64,000 bases of DNA, taken from positions 32,001 through 96,000 of the IMG/VR virus record IMGVR_UViG_3300013131_000024, one strand, 5' to 3'. The position numbers and the translations under genes are program-made. Source of the DNA: a virus. The notes under the pieces were generated by a model. It saw only the letters and a list, made by a program, of their open reading frames with translations. It had not been told where the DNA came from and made no database searches. Shown piece after piece: positions 9,789-18,349 of the stretch (position 1 is its first letter; each line of letters opens with the position of its first letter).

Positions 9789-9919
9789 TACTTGAAATAA
9801 TAATGTGGGGATTCTTCTCCGCATGGGGTTGGTTTGGAGCCAGCTATGTCAAAGATCAAATTTGGAAACCAGAGACAGTAGAGCAAGAAAAACCACATCC
9901 TAAAAAATCAACCGATTGA
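9785..9919 (+). CDS. 44-aa membrane mini-protein (MILEIIMWGFFSAWGWFG...)
   Basis: ATGA overlap; GAGG RBS; hydrophobic N-terminus. Confidence 0.5.
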   Translation: MILEIIMWGFFSAWGWFGASYVKDQIWKPETVEQEKPHPKKSTD

Positions 9920-9965
9920 CTTTTTTTAAGTTTAGTGTTATAATATACAAAATGAAAGGATTTTT

Positions 9966-10592
9966 ATGATCACCCTAAAAGATTTTATGGAATCTGTGGA
10001 TTATCGTATCACCGAAGGCAGTGAATTTCAATGGACCTGTTTCGGTCCCACTGCCTACAGGTTGGATTCGTGGAACGGTGAACAAGACGGACACACTGTC
10101 AGCATCGTGTTCGATACTCTAACACAAGAAGTATATCAGGCAGAAGCGTTTGATTATTCTCGTGAACGTGCATATCGCATGACCAACCCAAAGTATAAAG
10201 ATCTATTCGACGAAGAATGTGAACATCGTGATGTTGTGGACATGGCTTGGGAACGTGATGACGGTACTTCGGTCAATTATGTAGAAATCGATGTGGTAGA
10301 TGACTTTGTTGAAAAAGTCAAAGCTATCGTCGCTGACGAGGACTACGATACTCGCGTACAAGTTCCCGTAGACTTCACAGACGAAGAACTTTTAAAATAT
10401 ATGAAAATGGCTCATGAGCGCGACATGACGTTTAATGAGTTCGTAGAAATGGCTCTGAGAGCTGCCATTAACGAAATCAAAATCCGAGAATACGAAGACA
10501 ACATGCGTGATGAGTATGATTTCTCAGAAGGGGAATCGGGATCTGTTGACAAAGCTGTTAAGAAATTAAAAAAGAAAAAAGGTAAACTATGA
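9966..10592 (+). CDS. Hypothetical phage protein
   Basis: AAGGA RBS; sigma70-like promoter upstream. Confidence 0.75.
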   Translation: MITLKDFMESVDYRITEGSEFQWTCFGPTAYRLDSWNGEQDGHTVSIVFDTLTQEVYQAEAFDYSRERAYRMTNPKYKDLFDEECEHRDVVDMAWERDDGTSVNYVEIDVVDDFVEKVKAIVADEDYDTRVQVPVDFTDEELLKYMKMAHERDMTFNEFVEMALRAAINEIKIREYEDNMRDEYDFSEGESGSVDKAVKKLKKKKGKL

Positions 10593-10915
10593 CAAACGCA
10601 CAAAAGTTTTTAGAAGATCTAAAGACTGGCGTACGGCACGTGGTAATCAATGACTGCTACGGCGGATTTGGATTGAGTCAACGAGCTCAGATCGAATACT
10701 GTCGCTTGGCCGGCATCGATGAAAAAGATTTCTACGATCGTGAAGTTGCTCGAGATGATCCTTACCTAATAAAAGTTGTTAAGGAATTGGGGATGGGAGC
10801 CAACGGTGCCCATGCAAATCTAAAAATCGTAGAGATCCCCGGCGATGTTGAATGGTTGATTCAAGAATATGATGGTGCAGAATGGGTAGCGGAAACGCAC
10901 AGGACCTGGACTTGA
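10589..10915 (+). CDS. Hypothetical phage protein (NxCYGGFGLS...RDDP...EYDG type)
   Basis: ORF track; ATGA overlap. Confidence 0.75.
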   Translation: MTNAQKFLEDLKTGVRHVVINDCYGGFGLSQRAQIEYCRLAGIDEKDFYDREVARDDPYLIKVVKELGMGANGAHANLKIVEIPGDVEWLIQEYDGAEWVAETHRTWT

Positions 10916-13082
10916 TAGAATTTGAAATTGACAGGGATAGATATCAAGAACAACGTGAAATAGTGCGTTGGTGTGAACAAAATTTTGGGTTAAGTAATTA
11001 TAATCCAACAGGCGACAGAAGTTGGCATTGGGACAGCATGTTTGGCAATACTTTTTTTTATTTTAAAAAAGAAAGGGATGCGATTTTGTTTTCGCTGAAA
11101 TGGTTATGATTAAAATCAGTTTTGATAAATTACAACTGAAAAATAAGAAAGAAATGATAAAATGGTGCGTCCAGCGATTTGGCCATAGCGAACCTGATCC
11201 AAAAGGATTGGTAGACTCTAAACGATGGACCTACGACGTCGTTGGTTCTCGAATGTTTTTCTTTTTTAATAATGATTATGATCATGTTCTTTTTGCTCTA
11301 AGATGGATGTAGATAATCGAACAATAATTAAGATATCTTTTGGCAAAGACAGATATCATGAACAAGAGGACATGATACGCTGGTGTCGAAAGAATCTCGG
11401 AACCGGCGGTTGGCAATGTTCTCTGGTCTTAGGTGATAATCGCTGGCGAGTCGATTCAATGTTTGGAAGTACCCAGTTCTGGTTTAAAGAAGAACGAGAT
11501 TATCTATTGTTTTGTCTGAGGTGGATGTGAGAGTACTTAAAAAATCAATATGGCCGCATCAGGTAAAACTTGAATCAAACAAATATCATCACGAGGATTA
11601 TTTCTTTGATCCTAGAAGTGTATGGATGGTTAGAACTAAGATGCGTAAAGTCCTGGGTTTTATGCCCCGAGAACATAGAGAATGGAATGAAGAACGAGGA
11701 TATCGCACAATGATGCATCTTGACTTCTATGATGAAAGTCAACGCACTATGTTTCTATTAAAATACGGTGATTTCATAGGCAAAGAAGATGACAACAGAT
11801 TATACTTATTACATGGTCATGCCCTGCGGCGGTATGGCCTATTATGATGAGCCCCGTTTCGGAATGAATTATTTTTGCGCACAGTGTGAGGCCGTGGTTG
11901 GTAGTGAGCATCAGCCGAAAAAATGCAAAAGAGAAGAGGCCAAATGGCAGTTAATGAAACTGCTAGGTGGCCGGGGTTGGGATTATTTTGCAGAACCAGA
12001 CGAGTTTTTTTGATGAAATTAGAACAAGAAATTGCCAACGAGTTAGCCAGTGGTATGCAGAGTGAAATGGATTTTCACATACTGTCAGACATGCTGGTAC
12101 AACTAGGATGGAAGAAAGTAGTTCTTACTAGATTTTTTAGCCGTAAACATTCTATTGACATTCTAATGTGGTGCGAAGAACATATCAAACATCCTTTTGA
12201 GCATAGAGGTACCACCTTTGTTTTTGAAAACAAAGGAGACGCTGTGAACTTTACATTAAAATGGACATAAAATATAAAATCGTAGGAGACAGAGTCGAAG
12301 AAGTTCGCGAAGTGACTGTTTATGAATTTAAAGTAGGCGATGTTGACGATCCGGAAATATACGCTGCCCAACCTATATGGGAATGGCAACAGAGTGAACG
12401 AGGACAATGGGTAATGAAAAATGCCTATGAAGTTCCTGTGTACTATCATCAGGCAGATTTTGCCGATATGGGGCATAAGTACGTTATAAGGGCAAAGTTT
12501 ATGGGACCAGCATTGACAGAATGGTTGTTAAAGTATGGCAAGTAAAGAATCTCCAAAATCATTTGCCAATATGGCCCATAAACAAGTAGGGGCAATTTTA
12601 TTGGAACACGAAAGATTGATGCAGATCCTTGAATCTTATCATGTGGTGAGATTGATCAAAGATGATGACTTTGCAGAAAAATTGACCTGGTGTATGGAGC
12701 ATTGCCAAAGTAAATTTCGAGACATAAAAGAATCTAGTTGTCGAGCTTGGTACTTTCAAAATGAACAAGACGCTACAATGTTTGCAATGCGCTGGGCATG
12801 AGATATAATCTTAAATATCAAATATGGGTTGATGAAATGACCGAACTACCCAATACCAAAATTTATTGGATAGATACTGCTAGGCGATATGCACTATCAG
12901 CGAGAATGCGGGTCGTTTCTGCAGATAATGAAAATCATTTTGTCACAGGACTCAGCGAAAAAGACATAGATCCAATACAACAATGGTGTGAAGAACACAA
13001 CTGCGGCCGCCGATTAAGTTTTGATACTTTTCAATTTAAAAATAAAAAAGAAATTACTATGTTTCTGCTGAGGTGGGGATGA
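10912..13082 (+). repeat. Tandem family of 8 small paralogous CDSs ending F-x-L-[KR]-[WY]: 10912-11109, 11106-11312, 11303-11530, 11527-11847, 12013-12270, 12261-12545, 12535-12801, 12798-13082
   Basis: Shared W-C-x-E and F-x-F-x3-D-x3-F-x-L-x-W pattern; overlapping start/stop codons. Confidence 0.8.
11789..12013 (+). CDS. Small Cys-rich (Zn-ribbon-like) protein
   Basis: PCGG, CAQC and C motifs. Confidence 0.6.
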   Translation: MTTDYTYYMVMPCGGMAYYDEPRFGMNYFCAQCEAVVGSEHQPKKCKREEAKWQLMKLLGGRGWDYFAEPDEFF

Positions 13083-13290
13083 TAGCCAAAATATTAATAT
13101 ATTGTTATATAATCTTTGTAGTTCCGCCACTAGCGATAATTATGGTAGGATTGGCCTATGGCGGTGTAGTAGAAATCTCTAAATCATTGACAAAACCTCA
13201 TTGACTTCTCAGGACATTGATGCTACAATAATATATCATCAACAGACCCAGCGATATGCAGAAAATTTCAAATCGATTGATCGCTCAAAA

Positions 13291-13761
13291 ATGAAACGAG
13301 AACTAGACGAGCTGCTGTGTGAACGCTATCCTAAGATTTTTAGAGATAGACACGCTCCCATGGCAGAAACTGCTATGTGTTGGGGATTTGAATGTGGAGA
13401 TGGTTGGTTTAACATCATCGATCAGCTCTGCTCAAATATCCAGCATCATATTGATTGGAAGCAAGAGCAGAAAGAAAAGTATGAACGTGGGGAGGGCTGC
13501 TCGCAGGTCATAGCCATGCAGGTCAAAGAAAAGTTTGGTACACTGCGTTTTTATACCAGTGGCGGTGACGATACTATCTATGGTATGATCCGTATGGCTG
13601 AAAGTATGAGTGCTGTTACCTGTGAAACCTGCGGTAGTCCTGGTCAGATACGTGGACGAGGCTGGATGTATACTGCCTGCGATGCACACGCCAAAGATGA
13701 AGATCTTATCGACGAAGATCAACGCCAACAAGAAATGAAACAGTCAGGGTTAGAAGAATGA
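13291..13761 (+). CDS. Hypothetical phage protein (CGDGW...QVKEKFGTLRFY...CETCG)
   Basis: ORF track with start moved to ATG 13291. Confidence 0.75.
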   Translation: MKRELDELLCERYPKIFRDRHAPMAETAMCWGFECGDGWFNIIDQLCSNIQHHIDWKQEQKEKYERGEGCSQVIAMQVKEKFGTLRFYTSGGDDTIYGMIRMAESMSAVTCETCGSPGQIRGRGWMYTACDAHAKDEDLIDEDQRQQEMKQSGLEE

Positions 13762-14729
13762 ACGAACGAATCCGAGAACTTGCTGAACAGGCTGAATGGC
13801 GTTTTGCTGACCGAGCAACAGGGGAATTTTCTGAATATGATAATCGATTGAAAAAGTTCGCCGAGTTGATTGTTAATGAATGTCTTGAAGTGATTGACAG
13901 CAGAAATAGGAAGCAGTTTCATCCAACTTCTATCTGCGGTGAACTATTGTACAATGTTGCAAAAGATGTGAAACAACATTTCGGAGTTGAAGAATGAACA
14001 AACGATTACTACGCTTATTCAATGAAGCAGGATTCCATCAGCCAGAAATGGAACGATTGGGAATTGAAGACAAGTTTGAAAAATTCACCGAGTTGATTGT
14101 CAGGGAATGTATGGCAATTAACAAAGTAGAAACAATAGCCTTGGATCTACCCGATTACAATTTAGGTGTGATAGAAGGCTACAGGAGAGCCAGAGAAAAT
14201 ATCAGTATACATTTTGGAGTTGAAGAATGAACGAACGATTCAAGCAAATAGCCCAAGAAGTGTTTTTCGACGAATCCACTACCGGTAAGCCTGGCCAAAA
14301 GATGTATATTTTTGGTGAACTCAAGATGCAAAAGTTCGCCGAGTTGATTGTTAATGAATGTCTTGAAATCGTAGAAGATGAAGACGATGGTAGTCAGGAT
14401 ACTTTAGCAGTCCGTTGGGCCATGCACAGAATCCGTAAACATTTCGGAGTTGAAGAATGAATGAACGATTAAAAAAACTAATGCGGGATCATGGCGTACA
14501 CAAATACATCAGCGAGGAATGCCAAAGTCGTATTGAGTTGGTCACTAAGTTAGTAGTAGAAGAGTGCGCTCAATTATGCATGAGTCAAGCTGATCGTAGG
14601 AACATTCGAGCTGCATTTGACCTACCCGTTGAAAGTAATGTGAAGTATCCTAGTCCTGAAGATCACGGCAGTATAACTTCACAGTACGAAAGAAAATATA
14701 ATATACCACAAGCAGGAGAAGTAAATTGA
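13758..14729 (+). repeat. Four tandem MNER...KFAELIVxEC...HFGVEE mini-genes: 13758-13997, 13994-14230, 14227-14460, 14457-14729
   Basis: Shared protein and DNA cassettes; ATGA coupling. Confidence 0.85.
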
Positions 14730-15130
14730 AAATCGGTTTTAGTCTAGGTCGTTGTGTTCGCGATATCGTCAATGGTGAAGTCAGCATAGATGACGTGGCT
14801 TTTATTATCACTGCTACCAGTATTCACGATCGCGAACATATTGATCGTGTTATAGATGTTTACATTACAGAACCCAATTATCTCTTAGGCTTAGATTATA
14901 ATAAGTGTCTAGAAACTGCACAGGACCTGTGGGATAGTAATCGTTTGTTGCAGCCACGCAAACAAGGCCTGCATAGACACATGCAACCTGAGAACGCTGT
15001 CTGGGTTGACATCTTTCCCACGGCACTGAGCAATAACGAATCAGTTAAGAAATCGTGGGATGCATATAGATTTATGCTACATATGGTAGAGAACGTGGAT
15101 AATGAAGCCACAGAAGTTTTTAAAACATAG
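14726..15130 (+). CDS. Hypothetical phage protein
   Basis: AGGAG RBS, TTG start. Confidence 0.7.
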   Translation: MKIGFSLGRCVRDIVNGEVSIDDVAFIITATSIHDREHIDRVIDVYITEPNYLLGLDYNKCLETAQDLWDSNRLLQPRKQGLHRHMQPENAVWVDIFPTALSNNESVKKSWDAYRFMLHMVENVDNEATEVFKT

Positions 15131-15138
15131 GAGGCAGT

Positions 15139-15327
15139 ATGGATATAAAAAATGGTTCGAGATGGGTGGGCACAGAAGGCAGGGTTTTCGTAGTAATTAA
15201 TAGAACAAACTTAGAAGGTAAAGATTGGATCTATTATAGATCAGAACAACCTGTAGATCATTTACCCGAAGAATTCAGCTGTTATGAAGAAAGTTTTCTT
15301 GGCAGATTTACACTTTTGCCAGAATGA
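15139..15327 (+). CDS. Hypothetical small protein
   Basis: GGAGG RBS. Confidence 0.7.
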   Translation: MDIKNGSRWVGTEGRVFVVINRTNLEGKDWIYYRSEQPVDHLPEEFSCYEESFLGRFTLLPE

Positions 15328-15602
15328 TAAATCTAAGATTAGAAATCCTAAATCCCTGGAGCCGAGATAGATTTAAAAATCTAGGCTCTGTTTCTGGAAA
15401 AATCACTCAAAATAAAAGTTGGGAGTTAGAACATACATTCTGCGATAGTGTAATTTTTGACATAGAATTTAAATTTACAACCAAACAGGATCATGCTGGG
15501 TTAGAGTTAGTTTTTGGCATTTTAGGCTACGAAGTTCATTTTAGGATATGCGATAACAGGCATTGGGACTATGAAAACGATCGCTGGGCAGTGTATAATT
15601 AA
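15324..15602 (+). CDS. Hypothetical protein
   Basis: ATGA overlap. Confidence 0.65.
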   Translation: MINLRLEILNPWSRDRFKNLGSVSGKITQNKSWELEHTFCDSVIFDIEFKFTTKQDHAGLELVFGILGYEVHFRICDNRHWDYENDRWAVYN

Positions 15603-15655
15603 CATATACTATAATTTCAGAGATGATAAGTAATAGTGAATCCAAAGGAGCTGCT

Positions 15656-16225
15656 GTGTCCAAAAAGTTCGACGATTTTAATGCCGAAGATCGCATCGAC
15701 ATCAAATTACTGGAAAATTCCATACATTTTCTCACAGGTGAAATAGACCAAGAATCTGTGGATAAATGCATCAAATGGATAACCTACGAAAATTTAGATA
15801 CTCGATCAGAAAAAATTCTTACTCTTTACATCAATTCCACAGGCGGAGATTTGTATTCTGCTTTTGCCTTGATTGATGTAATGAAAAACAGTGAACATCC
15901 TGTTAGAACTATCGCTATAGGTGCTGTGATGAGTGCGGCATTTTTGATCGCAGCATCAGGTACCAAAGGACAGAGATTCGCTGCTCGCAATGTCAGTTAT
16001 ATGTGCCACCAATTTACGGAAAATGTTGATGCCAAATATCATGATATTAAGGCCGCGATGAAAGGTAATGAAATGTGTAATGATATGATGGTTGCTGTAT
16101 TGAAGGAAGCTACGGGGTTAGCACCTAGCATTATCAAGAAAAAACTACTGCCCGCCAGTGATGTGTATCTAACTGCTGATGAAGCTGTAGAATTAAAGAT
16201 CGCTGACAATATTTTAGAAAGATAA
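15656..16225 (+). CDS. clpP: ClpP-family protease subunit
   Basis: LYINSxGG, catalytic Ser in VMSAA, His in MCHQ, YLTADEA; GTG start after AAGGAG. Confidence 0.85.
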   Translation: MSKKFDDFNAEDRIDIKLLENSIHFLTGEIDQESVDKCIKWITYENLDTRSEKILTLYINSTGGDLYSAFALIDVMKNSEHPVRTIAIGAVMSAAFLIAASGTKGQRFAARNVSYMCHQFTENVDAKYHDIKAAMKGNEMCNDMMVAVLKEATGLAPSIIKKKLLPASDVYLTADEAVELKIADNILER

Positions 16226-16227
16226 AC

Positions 16228-16473
16228 ATGAGCAAAGTAATAGCCATAGACGGCAAAGCTAAAAAGGATCAAGAGCGGAAAGAATCTATGTTAGAAGTAT
16301 TGAAAGTCATAGAACAGCAGATAGAAGAAGGCAATATCAAAGAGTTCGTGGCCTGCTCTATGAACGAAGATGGCAAAGCGCAGGTGCATGCTAGCTGCTT
16401 AGATCTCGTAGGCGGCGTGGGCATGTTTGAAGTTGGCAAGCACTTACTGATCGAAAGCGACAGAATGTTGTAA
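16228..16473 (+). CDS. Hypothetical protein
   Basis: ORF track. Confidence 0.65.
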   Translation: MSKVIAIDGKAKKDQERKESMLEVLKVIEQQIEEGNIKEFVACSMNEDGKAQVHASCLDLVGGVGMFEVGKHLLIESDRML

Positions 16474-16500
16474 AAATGCCACATTATATGGGCATTTTTT
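16472..16500 (+). terminator. Probable (bidirectional) intrinsic terminator
   Basis: aaaaatgcc...ggcatttttt inverted repeat. Confidence 0.6.
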
Positions 16501-16502
16501 CA

Positions 16503-16531
16503 TTGACAAATAAATAAACAGACAATACAAT
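16503..16531 (+). promoter_or_regulatory. sigma70-like promoter
   Basis: TTGACA-17-TACAAT. Confidence 0.7.
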
Positions 16532-16600
16532 AGATACATGGTTAGTTGATGTTGTTGAAAAAGCAACAGCTCTTAATTTTTCCAAAAAGAAAAATAGGGG

Positions 16601-16629
16601 TTGACAACAGAACTAAATATTTGTATACT
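16601..16629 (+). promoter_or_regulatory. sigma70-like promoter of the leader/attenuator
   Basis: TTGACA-17-TATACT. Confidence 0.8.
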
Positions 16630-16680
16630 TAGATCATGCGTTGGAAATAGCGCAGAAATTTTAAAGGAAAAACAAAGCAA

Positions 16681-16821
16681 ATGAAAACAGTAGGATCGTT
16701 ATCAAGACATTATTGTATAGCCAAACAGGTAGGCATGCCCACCTCTTGGTCTGCGATTAGTCTGTTCAATAATGATCGTACACCAGAGCTATGTCAGGGG
16801 TCCATGGAGACGATGAGTTAA
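16681..16821 (+). CDS. Putative attenuator leader peptide, 46 aa (MKTVGSLSRHYCIAKQVGMPTSWSAISLFNNDRTPELCQGSMETMS)
   Basis: Read manually; AAGGA about 11 nt upstream; all 20 amino acids, 34 distinct codons; 3' end overlaps the antiterminator. Confidence 0.7.
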   Translation: MKTVGSLSRHYCIAKQVGMPTSWSAISLFNNDRTPELCQGSMETMS

Positions 16822-16853
16822 CGTAAAAATAACTCAAACTTCAAAAGGACCCC
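16797..16853 (+). promoter_or_regulatory. Putative antiterminator hairpin
   Basis: GGGGTCC(16797-16803)/GGACCCC(16847-16853); TGGAG/CTTCA; TGAGTTA(16814-16820)/TAACTCA(16830-16836). Confidence 0.7.
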
Positions 16854-16883
16854 AGGACTAAACACCCTGGGGTTTTTGTTTTT
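16849..16883 (+). terminator. Intrinsic terminator (attenuator)
   Basis: ACCCCAGG/CCTGGGGT stem, 9-nt loop, TTTTTGTTTTT tract. Confidence 0.85.
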
Positions 16884-16895
16884 ATAAGGAGAACT

Positions 16896-17072
16896 ATGCA
16901 GTATAATGAAATTGAATTTGATAAGTTGAGTAAGAGAATCGTTGAACAGGCTTACGCTTCTGCTGGTCAGGTACTAGACGAAGAGCAGAAACGCAAACTT
17001 ATTCAAGATAAGTTTGACCGAGCCCGTGCCATGCACGAAGCTCAACAGAAGAGTCCAATCTACGAAGATTAA
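16896..17072 (+). CDS. 58-aa helical protein immediately downstream of the attenuator
   Basis: AAGGAG RBS; MQYNEIEFDKLSKRIVEQAY...SPIYED; not in ORF track. Confidence 0.75.
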   Translation: MQYNEIEFDKLSKRIVEQAYASAGQVLDEEQKRKLIQDKFDRARAMHEAQQKSPIYED

Positions 17073-17078
17073 GACTCG

Positions 17079-17244
17079 AGTGTGGATGGGAAACGAGGTC
17101 CCAGCGACACACTGTAATAAAAACGTAAACGGGCGGCCTAGTGGATGGAATCCCTCTTGTGGGACTAAAAATACTAGCGTAATTAAGCATTCCCCATTCG
17201 CCCTGCGACGGCGTCTAAAATCATAGAGGAGAATGCTTAATTAC
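17079..17244 (+). ncRNA. Candidate structured RNA (three hairpins)
   Basis: agtgtg/cacact with tggga/tccca; ctagt/actag with tccc/ggga; perfect 14-bp stem 17179-17192/17231-17244. Confidence 0.5.
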
Positions 17245-17278
17245 ACACTCTCCTACTCCATTTGACAAGGAGGACAGG

Positions 17279-17307
17279 TTGACATAGTCTACGGAGAGTG
17301 TTATAAT
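17279..17307 (+). promoter_or_regulatory. sigma70 consensus promoter in front of tRNA-Tyr
   Basis: TTGACA-17-TATAAT. Confidence 0.85.
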
Positions 17308-17315
17308 ATGTCTTT

Positions 17316-17402
17316 GGAGGTGTGTGCCGAGCGGCGAAGGCAAGTGACTGTAAATCACCCACATCAGAAACACCGTAGGTTCGATTCCTACCGCCTCCAC
17401 CA
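17316..17402 (+). tRNA. tRNA-Tyr(GTA)
   Basis: Cloverleaf, long variable arm, encoded CCA. Confidence 0.9.
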
Positions 17403-17408
17403 AAATTT

Positions 17409-17483
17409 GGTCCTATAGTTTATCGGTTAGAATAATGGCCTGTCACGCCGTAGGGACGAGTTCGATTCTCGTTGGGACCGCCA
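17409..17483 (+). tRNA. tRNA-Asp(GTC)
   Basis: Cloverleaf, CCA. Confidence 0.9.
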
Positions 17484-17492
17484 AAGTTTTAT

Positions 17493-17570
17493 TCCGGGAT
17501 ACCGTTCTAGGTGAGGCGGGTCTGACTGTTAATCAGAAATAGATTGGTTCGAATCCAATTCCCGGAGCCA
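17493..17570 (+). tRNA. tRNA-Asn(GTT)
   Basis: Cloverleaf, CCA. Confidence 0.9.
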
Positions 17571-17623
17571 TTTGAAAGGTAGAGTGATAAATAAATATGT
17601 AAAATATTTTAAGGCTCTACCAT

Positions 17624-18067
17624 ATGAATTATAAGGGAACAAAAGACAAGACTTATGTCTGTCAGCATTGTAAAACAGAGTTTGGTTTTAAAGGTTATAG
17701 TAGCAATCATAAATTTTGCAGTTTAGATTGTTCTTATGCTTATCAATCAGCTCGAAAAGAAAGTTTAAAAGAGCATCGATATCAAAAATGGTTATCCGGA
17801 AAAGATATTGGTGTTAAAAATCCTCGTAAATTAATTAGAGATTTTTTAATTATACGCGATGGATATAGATGTAGTTGTTGTGGAATTGATAGTTGGAATG
17901 GTAAAGAAATAACACTCTGGACAGATCATATCGACGGAGATGCTACTAATAATCACCCAACTAACTTTAGATTAATCTGTCCTAACTGCGATAGCCAATC
18001 AGATACGTTTGGCGGCAAAAATTACGGTAAAGGAAGAAAATCTAGAGGTTTACCACAATATGGTTAA
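17624..18067 (+). mobile_element. Free-standing HNH homing endonuclease in the tRNA array
   Basis: CxxC/FCSxxC N-terminal Zn motif; RDGYRCSCC...DHIDG...N...NFRLICPNC. Confidence 0.85.
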
Positions 18068-18078
18068 GTAAAATTAAT

Positions 18079-18153
18079 GCACCGTTCGTCTATCGGTTAG
18101 GACACCCGCCTTTCACGCAGGTAAGAGGAGTTCGATTCTCCTACGGTGTACCA
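18079..18153 (+). tRNA. tRNA-Glu(TTC)
   Basis: Cloverleaf, CCA. Confidence 0.9.
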
Positions 18154-18160
18154 GTTTTAT

Positions 18161-18236
18161 GCGGCATTAGTACAGTTGGTAGTACATCTGCTTGCCAAGC
18201 AGAAGGTCACCAGTTCGAGCCTGGTATGCCGCTCCA
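18161..18236 (+). tRNA. tRNA-Gly(GCC)
   Basis: Cloverleaf, CCA. Confidence 0.92.
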
Positions 18237-18244
18237 AAGTTTTT

Positions 18245-18343
18245 GCCTCTGTAGCTTAATGGTAAAGAAGGGAGCTTATACCTCCCCAAAGCACAGGCCA
18301 GATAAGCCTGAGTGTGCAGGTTCGAGTCCTGCCAGAGGCACCA
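18245..18343 (+). tRNA. Atypical 99-nt tRNA-Ile-like RNA with two anticodon-like arms (TAT and GAT)
   Basis: Acceptor gcctctg/cagaggc plus ACCA, D and T arms; gggag-cttatac-ctccc and caggc-cagataa-gcctg. Confidence 0.75.
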
Positions 18344-18349
18344 GTTAAT

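Noticed and set aside
13758-14460. Regularly spaced direct repeats resembling a CRISPR array
   Set aside because: Spacing is about 230 nt, the repeats are in-frame coding junctions, and no cas genes are present.
17079-17177. CsrA/RsmA-sponge or hammerhead ribozyme
   Set aside because: Too few GGA motifs placed in loops, and no CUGAUGA/GAAA core.
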